64,000 bases of DNA from an uncultured Saprospiraceae bacterium (GTDB lineage Bacteria > Bacteroidota > Bacteroidia > Chitinophagales > Saprospiraceae), in assembly GCA_938015805.1 (NCBI GenBank), contig CALLXF010000017.1, positions 3,513 through 67,512 on the forward strand. Direction: 5' to 3'. The notes under the pieces are model-generated. The model saw only the letters and a list, made by a program, of their open reading frames with translations. It made no database searches and had not been told where the DNA came from. Within the stretch, counting starts at the first letter, position 1, and every line of letters starts with the position of its first letter. The translations under genes were made by a program, and so were the position numbers. This document shows positions 28,295 through 36,865 of the stretch, piece by piece.

Positions 28295-31200
28295 ATGGCT
28301 AATACTTTACACGCTATCAAGCGACTATATTTAATAGTCTGCCTATTCCTATGTACAGGAATTATTTCTGCCCAGACAGACTTTTTATTCGTTGTGGATA
28401 ATTCTGGTAGTATCTCTCCTTCTGAATTTGATGCATTTGCAAATATCATAATGGAAACAGGAGATGCTTTAGACCTAAACTGTGGATCTTCAGAATATGC
28501 CATCGTGCATTATGGCGGTGCTTTTGGTCAAGAGTACCAAATTCAAAATGATTTTATGTCTTGGACTGCAACATCTATGGTAACTAGAGTTTACCAGGAT
28601 TGCGTTACGTCAGGAACTTCTAACTGTGGAGATGATCTTCACGCTGCATTTGGTAGCATAGATTCTGAAATAGGAACAGGTTTAAATCCTAACGCAGGAA
28701 ATCCACTGATCGTAGTCATTTTTACTGATGCTGACGGTATGTCTCAAGGTCAAAACAATATGAGCCCATGTGGTTTTGCTGCATGTTCTACGATATTACC
28801 TAATACAAACTTTACTATGTTTATGGATTCCTTTACAGGGAGTTCCTCATATGTTGTGGGTGTAGAAGACACGGATAACGAAGGGTTATTACAACAATAT
28901 CTTTATGGTGCAGGTTCATATGTTCCTATTGATTTAGATGACGACCCTTTTGATGTGGCTGAGGAAATTTCTAGTTCTATAGAGTGTACTTCTCCAGTTA
29001 TAGGAATTGCTAAAAATCTTACTAATCTTACTGATAATTTAGATGGTACTTATTCTGTAGAGTATTTACTAACCATAGAAAATTTTTCTTCTTTTGATTT
29101 TAATACATTGGAAGTATTTGATGATATCGTAGGACAGTTTTCTGGTTATATGCCTACAAACTTCCAAGCTACGAGCGGATCATTAAACGCAAGCACTTCA
29201 TGGAATGGTACAGCTACGTCTAACGTACTCGTTCCAGGACAGATTATAGGACAATCGACAACCGAGACGGTGTCAGTTAGTTTTGATTTTACCCATGATG
29301 GTTTTGAGAATACCGTAGACAATACTGCAAACTTAGTCGGTATATCTCCTACTGGAATGGTCATTACTGATGATTCTACAGATGGACTAAATGCAGATCC
29401 AAATGATGATGACAACCCAGATGAGATGGTTCCTACGTCTATCATGCTTCCAGAAATTGCATCGATAGGAATTGCTAAAGAACTTTCAAACCTAATTGAA
29501 AATACTGATGGTACTTACACTGTAGAATTTGATCTTACAATAGAAAATTTTTCTATAATCCCTTTATCGGATTTAGAGGTATTTGATGATATTGCTACTC
29601 AGTTTTCCGCTTATATATTATCAAATTTTATGGCTATAGACGGTTCGCTAGATGCCAACGGATCATGGAACGGAACAGCAGCATCTAATATTTTGGCTCC
29701 GGGTCAATCCATAGCTGCTGGAGAAACAGAGACCGTTACGATCCGTTTTGATTTATTACATGATGGACTTAGTAATACAGTCACTAATGTTGCAAATGTA
29801 AGTGCTACTACTCCAGCTGGTAACACTGTCATAGACAATTCTACAGATGGAATAAATCCAGATCCTAATGGTGATAATGATCCTAGTGAAATGGTTCCTA
29901 CTCCAGTGACATTTCCTGAGATCGCGTCTATAGGAATAGCAAAAGATTTAGCAGCATTTACTGATAATAATGATGGTACTTATACGATAGATTTTCTCCT
30001 TACGATAGAGAATTTTTCATTAATACCCTTATCAGATTTGGAAGTGGTAGATGATATAGTCACTCAGTTTTCTACGTATGCACCGTTTAATTTTAATGTA
30101 ATAAATGGTTCGTTAAATGGAGGTGCTACATGGGATGGTACGGCTACATCTAATATACTAGCTGCAGGACAGATGATTGCTGCCGGAGAGACGGAGACTG
30201 TTACAATACAGTTTGATGTTACTCATAATGGACAAGCAATGGTGGTAGATAATACTGCAACGGTTAGTGCTACCACACCGGATAATAATACAGTTACGGA
30301 TGATTCCACAGATGGAATAAATCCAGATCCTAATGATGATGATACGCCTAGTGAGATGGTTCCTACACCGGTAACATTTCCAGAGATCGCGTCTATAGGA
30401 ATAGCAAAAGATCTAGCAGCATTTACTGATAATAACGACGGTACATATACCATCGATTTTCTATTGACGGTAGAGAATTTTTCATTAATACCTTTGTCAA
30501 ATTTAGAAATTGTAGATGATGTAGTTACTCAGTTTTCTACTTATGCACCGTTTAATTTTAATGTAATAAATGGTTCGTTAAACGGAAGTGCTACATGGGA
30601 CGGAACAGCTACATCTAATATACTAGCTGTAGGACAGATGATTGCAGCAGGGGAGACGGAGACTGTAACAATACAGTTTGATGTTACTCACAATGGATTA
30701 GCAGCAGTGGTAGAAAATACAGCGATGGTAAGTGCTACAACACCAGCTAATAATACAGTCTCAGATAATTCTACAGATGGAATTAATCCAGATCCCAATG
30801 ATGATGATATGCCTAATGAGATGGTTCCCACACCTGTCACTTTCCCAGAGATCGCCTCTATAGGAATAGCTAAGGAATTATCATCCCTTACAGAAAATAC
30901 CGATGGAACCTTTACTGTCGAATTTAGACTGACAGTAGAGAATCTATCATTAATACTTTTATCGGATTTAGAGGTTTATGATGATATCGTAAGTCAGTTT
31001 TCTGTATATACGTTATCAAATTTTATGGCCACTAATGGATCTTTAGGAGCTAATTCTTCTTGGGATGGAACGGCAGGTTCTAATATACTATCACCAGGGC
31101 AATCACTTGCATCGGGAGATTTAGAAACAGTATTTATTCGTTTTGATATTTTACACGATGGACAGAGTAATACGATAAATAATATAGCAACGGTTTCTGC

Positions 31201-34200
31201 AACTACGCCATCAAATAATACAGTGATGGATACTTCTACAAATGGGTTAAATCCAGATCCTAATAATGATGGTAATCCATCTGAGATGGTTCCTACTCCT
31301 GTTGTTTTTCCAGAGGCTGCCTCTATAGGTTTAGCTAAGGATCTTACTTCTCTAATCGATAATAATGATGGTACATATACAGTAGAGTTTTTACTTACAG
31401 TAGAGAATTTTTCTTTAATACCGTTATCAAGTTTACAAGTTGTGGATGATATTGTGACTCAGTTTGCAACATATGCACCGTTTAATTTTAACACGATAAA
31501 TGGATCTTTAAATGGTAGTGCTTCATGGGATGGAACTGCAGGTTCTAATATCTTAGCTAATGGTCAAAATATACAAGCTCAAAGTACAGAAACAGTTTCT
31601 ATACAATTTGATATCACACATAATGGTTTTGCAATGGTAGTAAACAATACTGCTATCGTAACAGCCACTACACCTACAAATAATACGGTTACAGATGACT
31701 CAACAGATGGATTAGATACTGATCCAGATGGTAATGATGAGCCAACGGAAAACACACCTACACCTGTAACATTGCCGGAGATTGCAGAGATCGGATTATG
31801 TAAAGATCTGACTAACTTAACTAATAACAACGATGGAACTTTTACGGTAGAATTTTTACTTACGGTAGAGAACCTCTCCTTGATTCCTTTGACAGATTTA
31901 GAGATTTTTGATGATATCGTATCTCAGTTTGGATCCTTAATGCCTACTAACTTTATGGCGACAGCAGGATCTTTAAATGCTAATTCAGGATGGAACGGAA
32001 CGGCTACATCTAATGTTTTGGCTATGGGTCAGATGATTTCAGGAGGAACTACAGAGACGGTAAGTATAAGCTTTGATGTGACGCACGATGGTTTATCTGT
32101 TAGTCTTGAGAATTTGGCATTGGTACAATCGACAACACCATCTGGAATGATGGCATCAGATACTTCTACGGATGGTTTAGATGCAGATCCTAATGGAGAT
32201 GGAAACCCTGATGAAGAGGTTCCAACACCAGTTGTATTCCCAGAGCTAGGTGCATTAGGTCTAGCTAAAGATTTTATTAGCCTCGAGCACAATATGGATA
32301 ATTCTTTTACTGTGGAATTTATGTTTACGGTAGAGAATTTTTCAGAATTTCCAATGAACAATCTTTTAATATTTGATGATGTCTTAACTCAGTTTGGAGC
32401 TTATAATCCTACAAATTTTATGACCATAAATGGTAGTCTTAATGGTAATGGAGCGTGGGACGGAACAGTTACATCTAATATTTTGGCTTCAGGCCAAAGT
32501 ATAGCTGCAGGTGGAATAGAAACTATAAGTGTAAAATTTGATATTATGCCCTCTGGAATTATGACTACTATCTTTAACACAGCAAGTGTTATAGGTTCGT
32601 CTCCTTCCGGAATGACTTATAATGATGATTCTTATGACGGTACAAATGCAGATCCAGATAGTAATGATAATCCAGAGGAGGATATGCCTACACCAGTGGT
32701 TCTTCCTATGTTCGGGATGGTAAGCGGAACAGTATGGAAAGATGCAAGCGGGGATGGTTTAAATAACAATAACGAATCTGGTATTTTTTGGATAGAAGTA
32801 GAATTAACAGATTGTAATGGAAATGTAGTTGCCTCAGGATTTACGGATCAAGACGGTAATTATGCATTTTCAAATATACCTCCTGGTAACTATATGTTAA
32901 ATTTTGACACAAGTTTAATTCCAATAGGATGTGATTTTACTCTTCAAGATGTAGGAGCTGATGATACCATAGATAGTGATGTAGATGGTAATGGTAATTC
33001 TACTTGTTTTCCTATTAATATAGATGATGACATTGATATAGACGCTGGTTTATATCCATTAGGTGAGATAGGAGATCGAGTTTTTGTGGATAATAATGGA
33101 GATGGAATTCAAAATTTTGGAGAGCAAGGACTTAATGGGGTAATAGTGGAATTATTTGACGCAAGCAGCAACTTAGTTGCTTCCACAACCACCGCTGGAA
33201 ATGGAAATTTCATTTTTACACAAGTACCTTTAGGTTTTTACTATATAAAATACACAGCTCCTAATGATTTTTTCGCTACAGATGCTTTCCAAGGAATTAA
33301 TCAAACACTGGATAGTAATATAGATGGAAGTTTTGGGAATAATACGACTCCTTTATTCCAGCTTTCTCCTGGAGAAACAGATTTAGATGTAGATGCAGGA
33401 TTTTATCAGCATGTATTAATCGGGGAGCAGGTATTCTTTGACATAAATAAGAACAATATTTTTGACTCTAATGAAAACGGAATAAATGGAATGCCTGTGG
33501 AATTATGGGAGATCCAAAATGGTCAGCAAGTAAAAGTTGCAGAACAATTAACTCATCATAAACCAGGATCACCTTCTGACGATGGATACTTTAAGTTTTC
33601 TGTTCCTCCTGGTAGATATTTTATAGTGATGGATATTCCAGACTTAGGATTAGTACCAGTACGATCTAACGTAATAAATAGTTTACCTATAAGTAATCCT
33701 AATGAGTCTACTATAGATAGTGATGTAAGCACATCGACTAACGCTACTCCTTCTTTCCAGATTAATTCTGGACAAGAGTTCTGTAATATCGGAGCAGGTT
33801 ATTACCCGATGGCAACGATCGGAAATCGTACTTGGGCAGATAATAATTTTGATGGAATCCAGAACGCAAATGAACCTTCTTTATCAGGGGTAATGGTAAA
33901 AGCTTATGATATTAATGGAAACATGATCGACTCGGACGAATCCGATGTTACTGGAACATACTTAATAGATTATCTCGGACAAGACGAGTATTATTTAGAA
34001 TTTACACCTCCTAGTGGTTATAACGCAACCATACCTAACGCAGGTACGGAAATGGAAGATAGCGATATAGATAATTCTAATGGTTTAATGACTACACCAG
34101 TTTATCAAATTAATTCTGGTGATAATCTAGAAAACGTTGATGCTGGATTTACCCTAGGAGTGGTACCAGTAGAATGGGTAAGCTTTACTGGAAAAGCAGA

Positions 34201-34717
34201 ACGTATTTATAATCAATTACATTGGGCTACAGCCTCTGAAATCAATTCTAGTCATTTCTACATAGAAAGATCATTAGGAGATAATAATGCTTTTGATAGA
34301 ATCGGAAGAGTAGAAGCTTCTGGTAATACATCTACTACTAAATCATATGGATTTAACGATAGAGATGTGATTGCTAACCAAGTATATTACTACAGACTAA
34401 AGCAAGTAGATCTTAATGGAAACTATAGTTATAGTGATATCATTTCTGTAAGAAGGGACGGAGAGGATCACATAGCAATATACCCTAACCCGATTGTAGA
34501 CGAATTAAACATAGAGATAAATCTATTGGCGAATTCTAAAATAGATTTAGCACTATATAATGTTGAGGGAAAACTTATTTCTCCATTAGTTCACAAAGTA
34601 GTTACAGAAGGTAAAACTAATTTATCCTTTAATGTTGAGCATTTAAATAGTGGTACCTACCTTATACAAGGACAAATAGGTGCAACAGCTTATAGCAAAA
34701 AAGTAATTATCTATTAA
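28295..34717 (+). CDS. Giant T9SS-secreted adhesin. It has an N-terminal vWA domain, 8 tandem DUF11-like repeats of 155 aa, 4 SdrD/Cna B-like repeats, a pre-CTD beta-sandwich module and a T9SS C-terminal sorting domain.
   Basis: Signal peptide. MIDAS motif FVVDNSGSISPSEF. Repeats of the form IGIAKDL..TDN.DGTYT..FLLT.ENFS.IPLS.LEV.DDIV.QF. B-repeats GDRVFVDNNGDGIQN..E.G..GV.VEL.D. The tail YPNPIVDELNIEI...GTYLIQGQIGATAYSKKVIIY. Confidence 0.85.
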   Translation: MANTLHAIKRLYLIVCLFLCTGIISAQTDFLFVVDNSGSISPSEFDAFANIIMETGDALDLNCGSSEYAIVHYGGAFGQEYQIQNDFMSWTATSMVTRVYQDCVTSGTSNCGDDLHAAFGSIDSEIGTGLNPNAGNPLIVVIFTDADGMSQGQNNMSPCGFAACSTILPNTNFTMFMDSFTGSSSYVVGVEDTDNEGLLQQYLYGAGSYVPIDLDDDPFDVAEEISSSIECTSPVIGIAKNLTNLTDNLDGTYSVEYLLTIENFSSFDFNTLEVFDDIVGQFSGYMPTNFQATSGSLNASTSWNGTATSNVLVPGQIIGQSTTETVSVSFDFTHDGFENTVDNTANLVGISPTGMVITDDSTDGLNADPNDDDNPDEMVPTSIMLPEIASIGIAKELSNLIENTDGTYTVEFDLTIENFSIIPLSDLEVFDDIATQFSAYILSNFMAIDGSLDANGSWNGTAASNILAPGQSIAAGETETVTIRFDLLHDGLSNTVTNVANVSATTPAGNTVIDNSTDGINPDPNGDNDPSEMVPTPVTFPEIASIGIAKDLAAFTDNNDGTYTIDFLLTIENFSLIPLSDLEVVDDIVTQFSTYAPFNFNVINGSLNGGATWDGTATSNILAAGQMIAAGETETVTIQFDVTHNGQAMVVDNTATVSATTPDNNTVTDDSTDGINPDPNDDDTPSEMVPTPVTFPEIASIGIAKDLAAFTDNNDGTYTIDFLLTVENFSLIPLSNLEIVDDVVTQFSTYAPFNFNVINGSLNGSATWDGTATSNILAVGQMIAAGETETVTIQFDVTHNGLAAVVENTAMVSATTPANNTVSDNSTDGINPDPNDDDMPNEMVPTPVTFPEIASIGIAKELSSLTENTDGTFTVEFRLTVENLSLILLSDLEVYDDIVSQFSVYTLSNFMATNGSLGANSSWDGTAGSNILSPGQSLASGDLETVFIRFDILHDGQSNTINNIATVSATTPSNNTVMDTSTNGLNPDPNNDGNPSEMVPTPVVFPEAASIGLAKDLTSLIDNNDGTYTVEFLLTVENFSLIPLSSLQVVDDIVTQFATYAPFNFNTINGSLNGSASWDGTAGSNILANGQNIQAQSTETVSIQFDITHNGFAMVVNNTAIVTATTPTNNTVTDDSTDGLDTDPDGNDEPTENTPTPVTLPEIAEIGLCKDLTNLTNNNDGTFTVEFLLTVENLSLIPLTDLEIFDDIVSQFGSLMPTNFMATAGSLNANSGWNGTATSNVLAMGQMISGGTTETVSISFDVTHDGLSVSLENLALVQSTTPSGMMASDTSTDGLDADPNGDGNPDEEVPTPVVFPELGALGLAKDFISLEHNMDNSFTVEFMFTVENFSEFPMNNLLIFDDVLTQFGAYNPTNFMTINGSLNGNGAWDGTVTSNILASGQSIAAGGIETISVKFDIMPSGIMTTIFNTASVIGSSPSGMTYNDDSYDGTNADPDSNDNPEEDMPTPVVLPMFGMVSGTVWKDASGDGLNNNNESGIFWIEVELTDCNGNVVASGFTDQDGNYAFSNIPPGNYMLNFDTSLIPIGCDFTLQDVGADDTIDSDVDGNGNSTCFPINIDDDIDIDAGLYPLGEIGDRVFVDNNGDGIQNFGEQGLNGVIVELFDASSNLVASTTTAGNGNFIFTQVPLGFYYIKYTAPNDFFATDAFQGINQTLDSNIDGSFGNNTTPLFQLSPGETDLDVDAGFYQHVLIGEQVFFDINKNNIFDSNENGINGMPVELWEIQNGQQVKVAEQLTHHKPGSPSDDGYFKFSVPPGRYFIVMDIPDLGLVPVRSNVINSLPISNPNESTIDSDVSTSTNATPSFQINSGQEFCNIGAGYYPMATIGNRTWADNNFDGIQNANEPSLSGVMVKAYDINGNMIDSDESDVTGTYLIDYLGQDEYYLEFTPPSGYNATIPNAGTEMEDSDIDNSNGLMTTPVYQINSGDNLENVDAGFTLGVVPVEWVSFTGKAERIYNQLHWATASEINSSHFYIERSLGDNNAFDRIGRVEASGNTSTTKSYGFNDRDVIANQVYYYRLKQVDLNGNYSYSDIISVRRDGEDHIAIYPNPIVDELNIEINLLANSKIDLALYNVEGKLISPLVHKVVTEGKTNLSFNVEHLNSGTYLIQGQIGATAYSKKVIIY
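28995..32704 (+). repeat. Eight in-frame tandem repeats, the first about 455 bp and the other seven 465 bp, inside the adhesin gene
   Basis: The repeat anchor (CCnGAnATyGCnTCnATAGGAATnGC or equivalent) recurs at 28995, 29450, 29915, 30380, 30845, 31310, 31775 and 32240. Units 3 and 4 share identical runs of 30-40 nt. Confidence 0.85.
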
Positions 34718-34750
34718 TAAGAAATTATAGTTTTAGTTTAAATAAATATG

Positions 34751-34785
34751 GAGAGGAAGGCAAGTTGTCTTCCTCTATTTTTTTG
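34751..34785 (+). terminator. Intrinsic terminator after the adhesin gene; it overlaps the 3' end of the convergent gene
   Basis: GAGAGGAAG-loop-CTTCCTCT followed by ATTTTTTTG. Confidence 0.7.
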
Positions 34786-35563
34786 TGCTTCTATCTATAG
34801 AAAACGTATCTGCGTCTTTATAAAATTGTAATCTATTTCTAGTAGAATCCAGTATTTTATGATCTAGGATTGTATAAATAATTTCTTCTTTTGCACTTTC
34901 CTGCATTACCTCGCCTAGCGGCGATACACTCATAGAGTTGCCGGAATGCTCCATACCCGTTCCGTCTTTTCCCATTCGGTTACAACCGACTACATATGAT
35001 AGATTTTCTATGGCACGAGCTTTTAGTAACATATCCCAGTGGGTAATTCTTTTAGTAGGCCAGTTAGCTACAAAAAGTAAAACATCATATTGGTTTTGGA
35101 TATTACGACACCACACCGGGAATCGTAAGTCGTAACAGATATTAAGACATATATTCCATCCTTTTAAATGGACTATTTTTTTTTCTATTCCAGGTTCAAA
35201 ATAATTTTGTTCATAAGCAAGACGGAAAAGATGTCTTTTGTCATAATACTCATAAGTACCATCTGGTCTCATCCATATTAGACGATTATAATAACTGCCA
35301 TTTTCTTCTATCATTAAACTAGCCGTAATCACTGCATTTTTTAAGGCTGCTTTTTTTGCCATCCATGCTATTGTAGGTCCATCCATGGGTTCCGCATAAG
35401 TGCTGGCTTTTTTCATACAAAAACCAGTATTAAATGTTTCTGGTAATACGATAAGATCTACATCGTCAGTAACCTCTATTTTCTGATTAAACATTTGAAG
35501 GTTAGCTTCTTTATCTTCCCAGTGCAGAAAAGATTGGATAATAGCTAGTTTTAAATCATTCAT
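34775..35563 (-). CDS. Carbon-nitrogen hydrolase family amidohydrolase (omega-amidase/YafV-like)
   Basis: Nitrilase-superfamily E-K-C context: LIVLPETFNTGF, YDKRHLF and NICYDLRFPVW. Length is 262 aa. Confidence 0.8.
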   Translation of the reverse strand: MNDLKLAIIQSFLHWEDKEANLQMFNQKIEVTDDVDLIVLPETFNTGFCMKKASTYAEPMDGPTIAWMAKKAALKNAVITASLMIEENGSYYNRLIWMRPDGTYEYYDKRHLFRLAYEQNYFEPGIEKKIVHLKGWNICLNICYDLRFPVWCRNIQNQYDVLLFVANWPTKRITHWDMLLKARAIENLSYVVGCNRMGKDGTGMEHSGNSMSVSPLGEVMQESAKEEIIYTILDHKILDSTRNRLQFYKDADTFSIDRSTKK

Positions 35564-35614
35564 GACAATAAAAATACTCGTTTAGTTACTTTTGCATCTT
35601 ATAAAAAAAATCAA

Positions 35615-36529
35615 ATGAGTTTATTAACAATAGGGACGATGGCATTCGATGATATCCAGACTCCTTTTGGCCATGCCGAGAAGGTAATTGGAGGTGCATG
35701 TACATATATAACATGGTCTGCTTCTTATTTTACTAATACTATAAATGTATCCTCTATAGTAGGACATGATTTTCCTCAGGAAGAGATAACGGCACTAGAG
35801 GAAAGAGGGGCTGATCTATCTGGAGTAGAAATAAAAATGGATGGAAAGACTTTTTTCTGGGCTGGAAAGTATCATGATAATATGAACCAGAGAGACACAT
35901 TAGCAACAGATTTAAATGTGTTAGATGATTTTAATCCAGTGCTTCCAGATTCTTATAAAAAGAGTAAGTATGTAATGCTAGGAAATCTTACGCCGGCTAT
36001 ACAATCTCAGGTAATGGATCAGTTAGATGGATCTCAAAAACTGGTTGCGATGGACACCATGAATTTCTGGATGGATATTGCCATGGACGAATTAAAAAAA
36101 GTGATCAGTAGAGTGGATCTATTAACTATAAATGATGAGGAGGCGAGACAGCTTTCTGGTGAGTATTCTTTATTATCTGCAGCGGAGAAAATCCATGATA
36201 TGGGGCCTAAGTATCTCATCATTAAGAAAGGGGAACATGGAGCTATGCTTTTCCACGAAGGAAAAATATTTTATGCTCCAGCTTTGCCACTGCAGTTAGT
36301 TAAAGATCCAACCGGTGCGGGTGATACTTTTGCAGGTGGACTGATGGGCTATTTAGCTAAGACTGATGATGTATCTTTTGAGAATATGAAAACAGCGATA
36401 ATATATGGTTCTACTATGGCCTCTTTTTGTGTAGAGGAATTTAGTATCGAAAATCTAAAAAACTTAGATACGGATACTATCCAAAAAAGAGCAGAGCGAT
36501 TTAAAGAGATGGTGAGTTTTAATTTGTAA
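35615..36529 (+). CDS. PfkB-family carbohydrate/nucleoside kinase
   Basis: C-terminal PfkB signature DPTGAGDTFAGGLMGYL; 304 aa. Confidence 0.8.
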   Translation: MSLLTIGTMAFDDIQTPFGHAEKVIGGACTYITWSASYFTNTINVSSIVGHDFPQEEITALEERGADLSGVEIKMDGKTFFWAGKYHDNMNQRDTLATDLNVLDDFNPVLPDSYKKSKYVMLGNLTPAIQSQVMDQLDGSQKLVAMDTMNFWMDIAMDELKKVISRVDLLTINDEEARQLSGEYSLLSAAEKIHDMGPKYLIIKKGEHGAMLFHEGKIFYAPALPLQLVKDPTGAGDTFAGGLMGYLAKTDDVSFENMKTAIIYGSTMASFCVEEFSIENLKNLDTDTIQKRAERFKEMVSFNL

Positions 36530-36601
36530 GAACGTGTACACTGATGTAAAAAACACGTAGACTGTTACAGAGTTAGACTTACGTCAATAAAGAACAATAC
36601 T

Positions 36602-36648
36602 AAAAAAGCCTTTTAGGAACATCATGTTCTTAAAAGGCTTTTTTCTTT
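36602..36648. terminator. Bidirectional intrinsic terminator
   Basis: 13-bp stem GCCTTTTAGGAAC-ATCAT-GTTCTTAAAAGGC flanked by an A-run (5') and a T-run (3'). It serves the + PfkB gene and the - pepP/small-ORF transcript. Confidence 0.8.
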
Positions 36649-36667
36649 ATCGTTAAAAACAATCCTG

Positions 36668-36790
36668 TTAAATGCTAGAAGGATTATTATTATATAACCA
36701 TATTAAGAGGATCACAAAAAGAGCTAGCCCGACAAGTACTTTTCCAAGGCATGATCCTTTTCGTCCATAATTTTCACCTACATCAGACAT
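36668..36790 (-). CDS. Candidate 40-aa single-pass membrane peptide (below the ORF-track size cutoff)
   Basis: Translation is MSDVGENYGRKGSCLGKVLVGLALFVILLIWLYNNNPSSI. It lies 75 nt downstream of the pepP stop and immediately upstream of the strong terminator, so the terminator follows this ORF rather than pepP. I know of no homology. Confidence 0.3.
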   Translation of the reverse strand: MSDVGENYGRKGSCLGKVLVGLALFVILLIWLYNNNPSSI

Positions 36791-36865
36791 AACTTTGATT
36801 TTTTTAAATTATACTGCAAAGAAAATGTAAATCAATATATTTTTCTAATAAAAACTTAAATACTA

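Noticed and set aside
28255-28503. 82-aa minus-strand ORF at the 5' end of the adhesin gene, and the 89-aa ORF 44620-44889 at the 5' end of the thioredoxin-like gene
   Set aside because: Both overlap the signal-peptide regions of strongly supported plus-strand genes and have no features of their own.
28995-32704. The repeat array as a diversity-generating retroelement target or a phase-variable invertible region
   Set aside because: There is no reverse transcriptase or template repeat, and no invertase or inverted repeats in the window. The variation between units is spread over all codon positions rather than being adenine-specific.
28039-34785. tRNA-Cys as an integration site, making the adhesin a genomic island or prophage remnant
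   Set aside because: There is no integrase, no direct repeat of the tRNA 3' end downstream of the adhesin, and no mobility genes.
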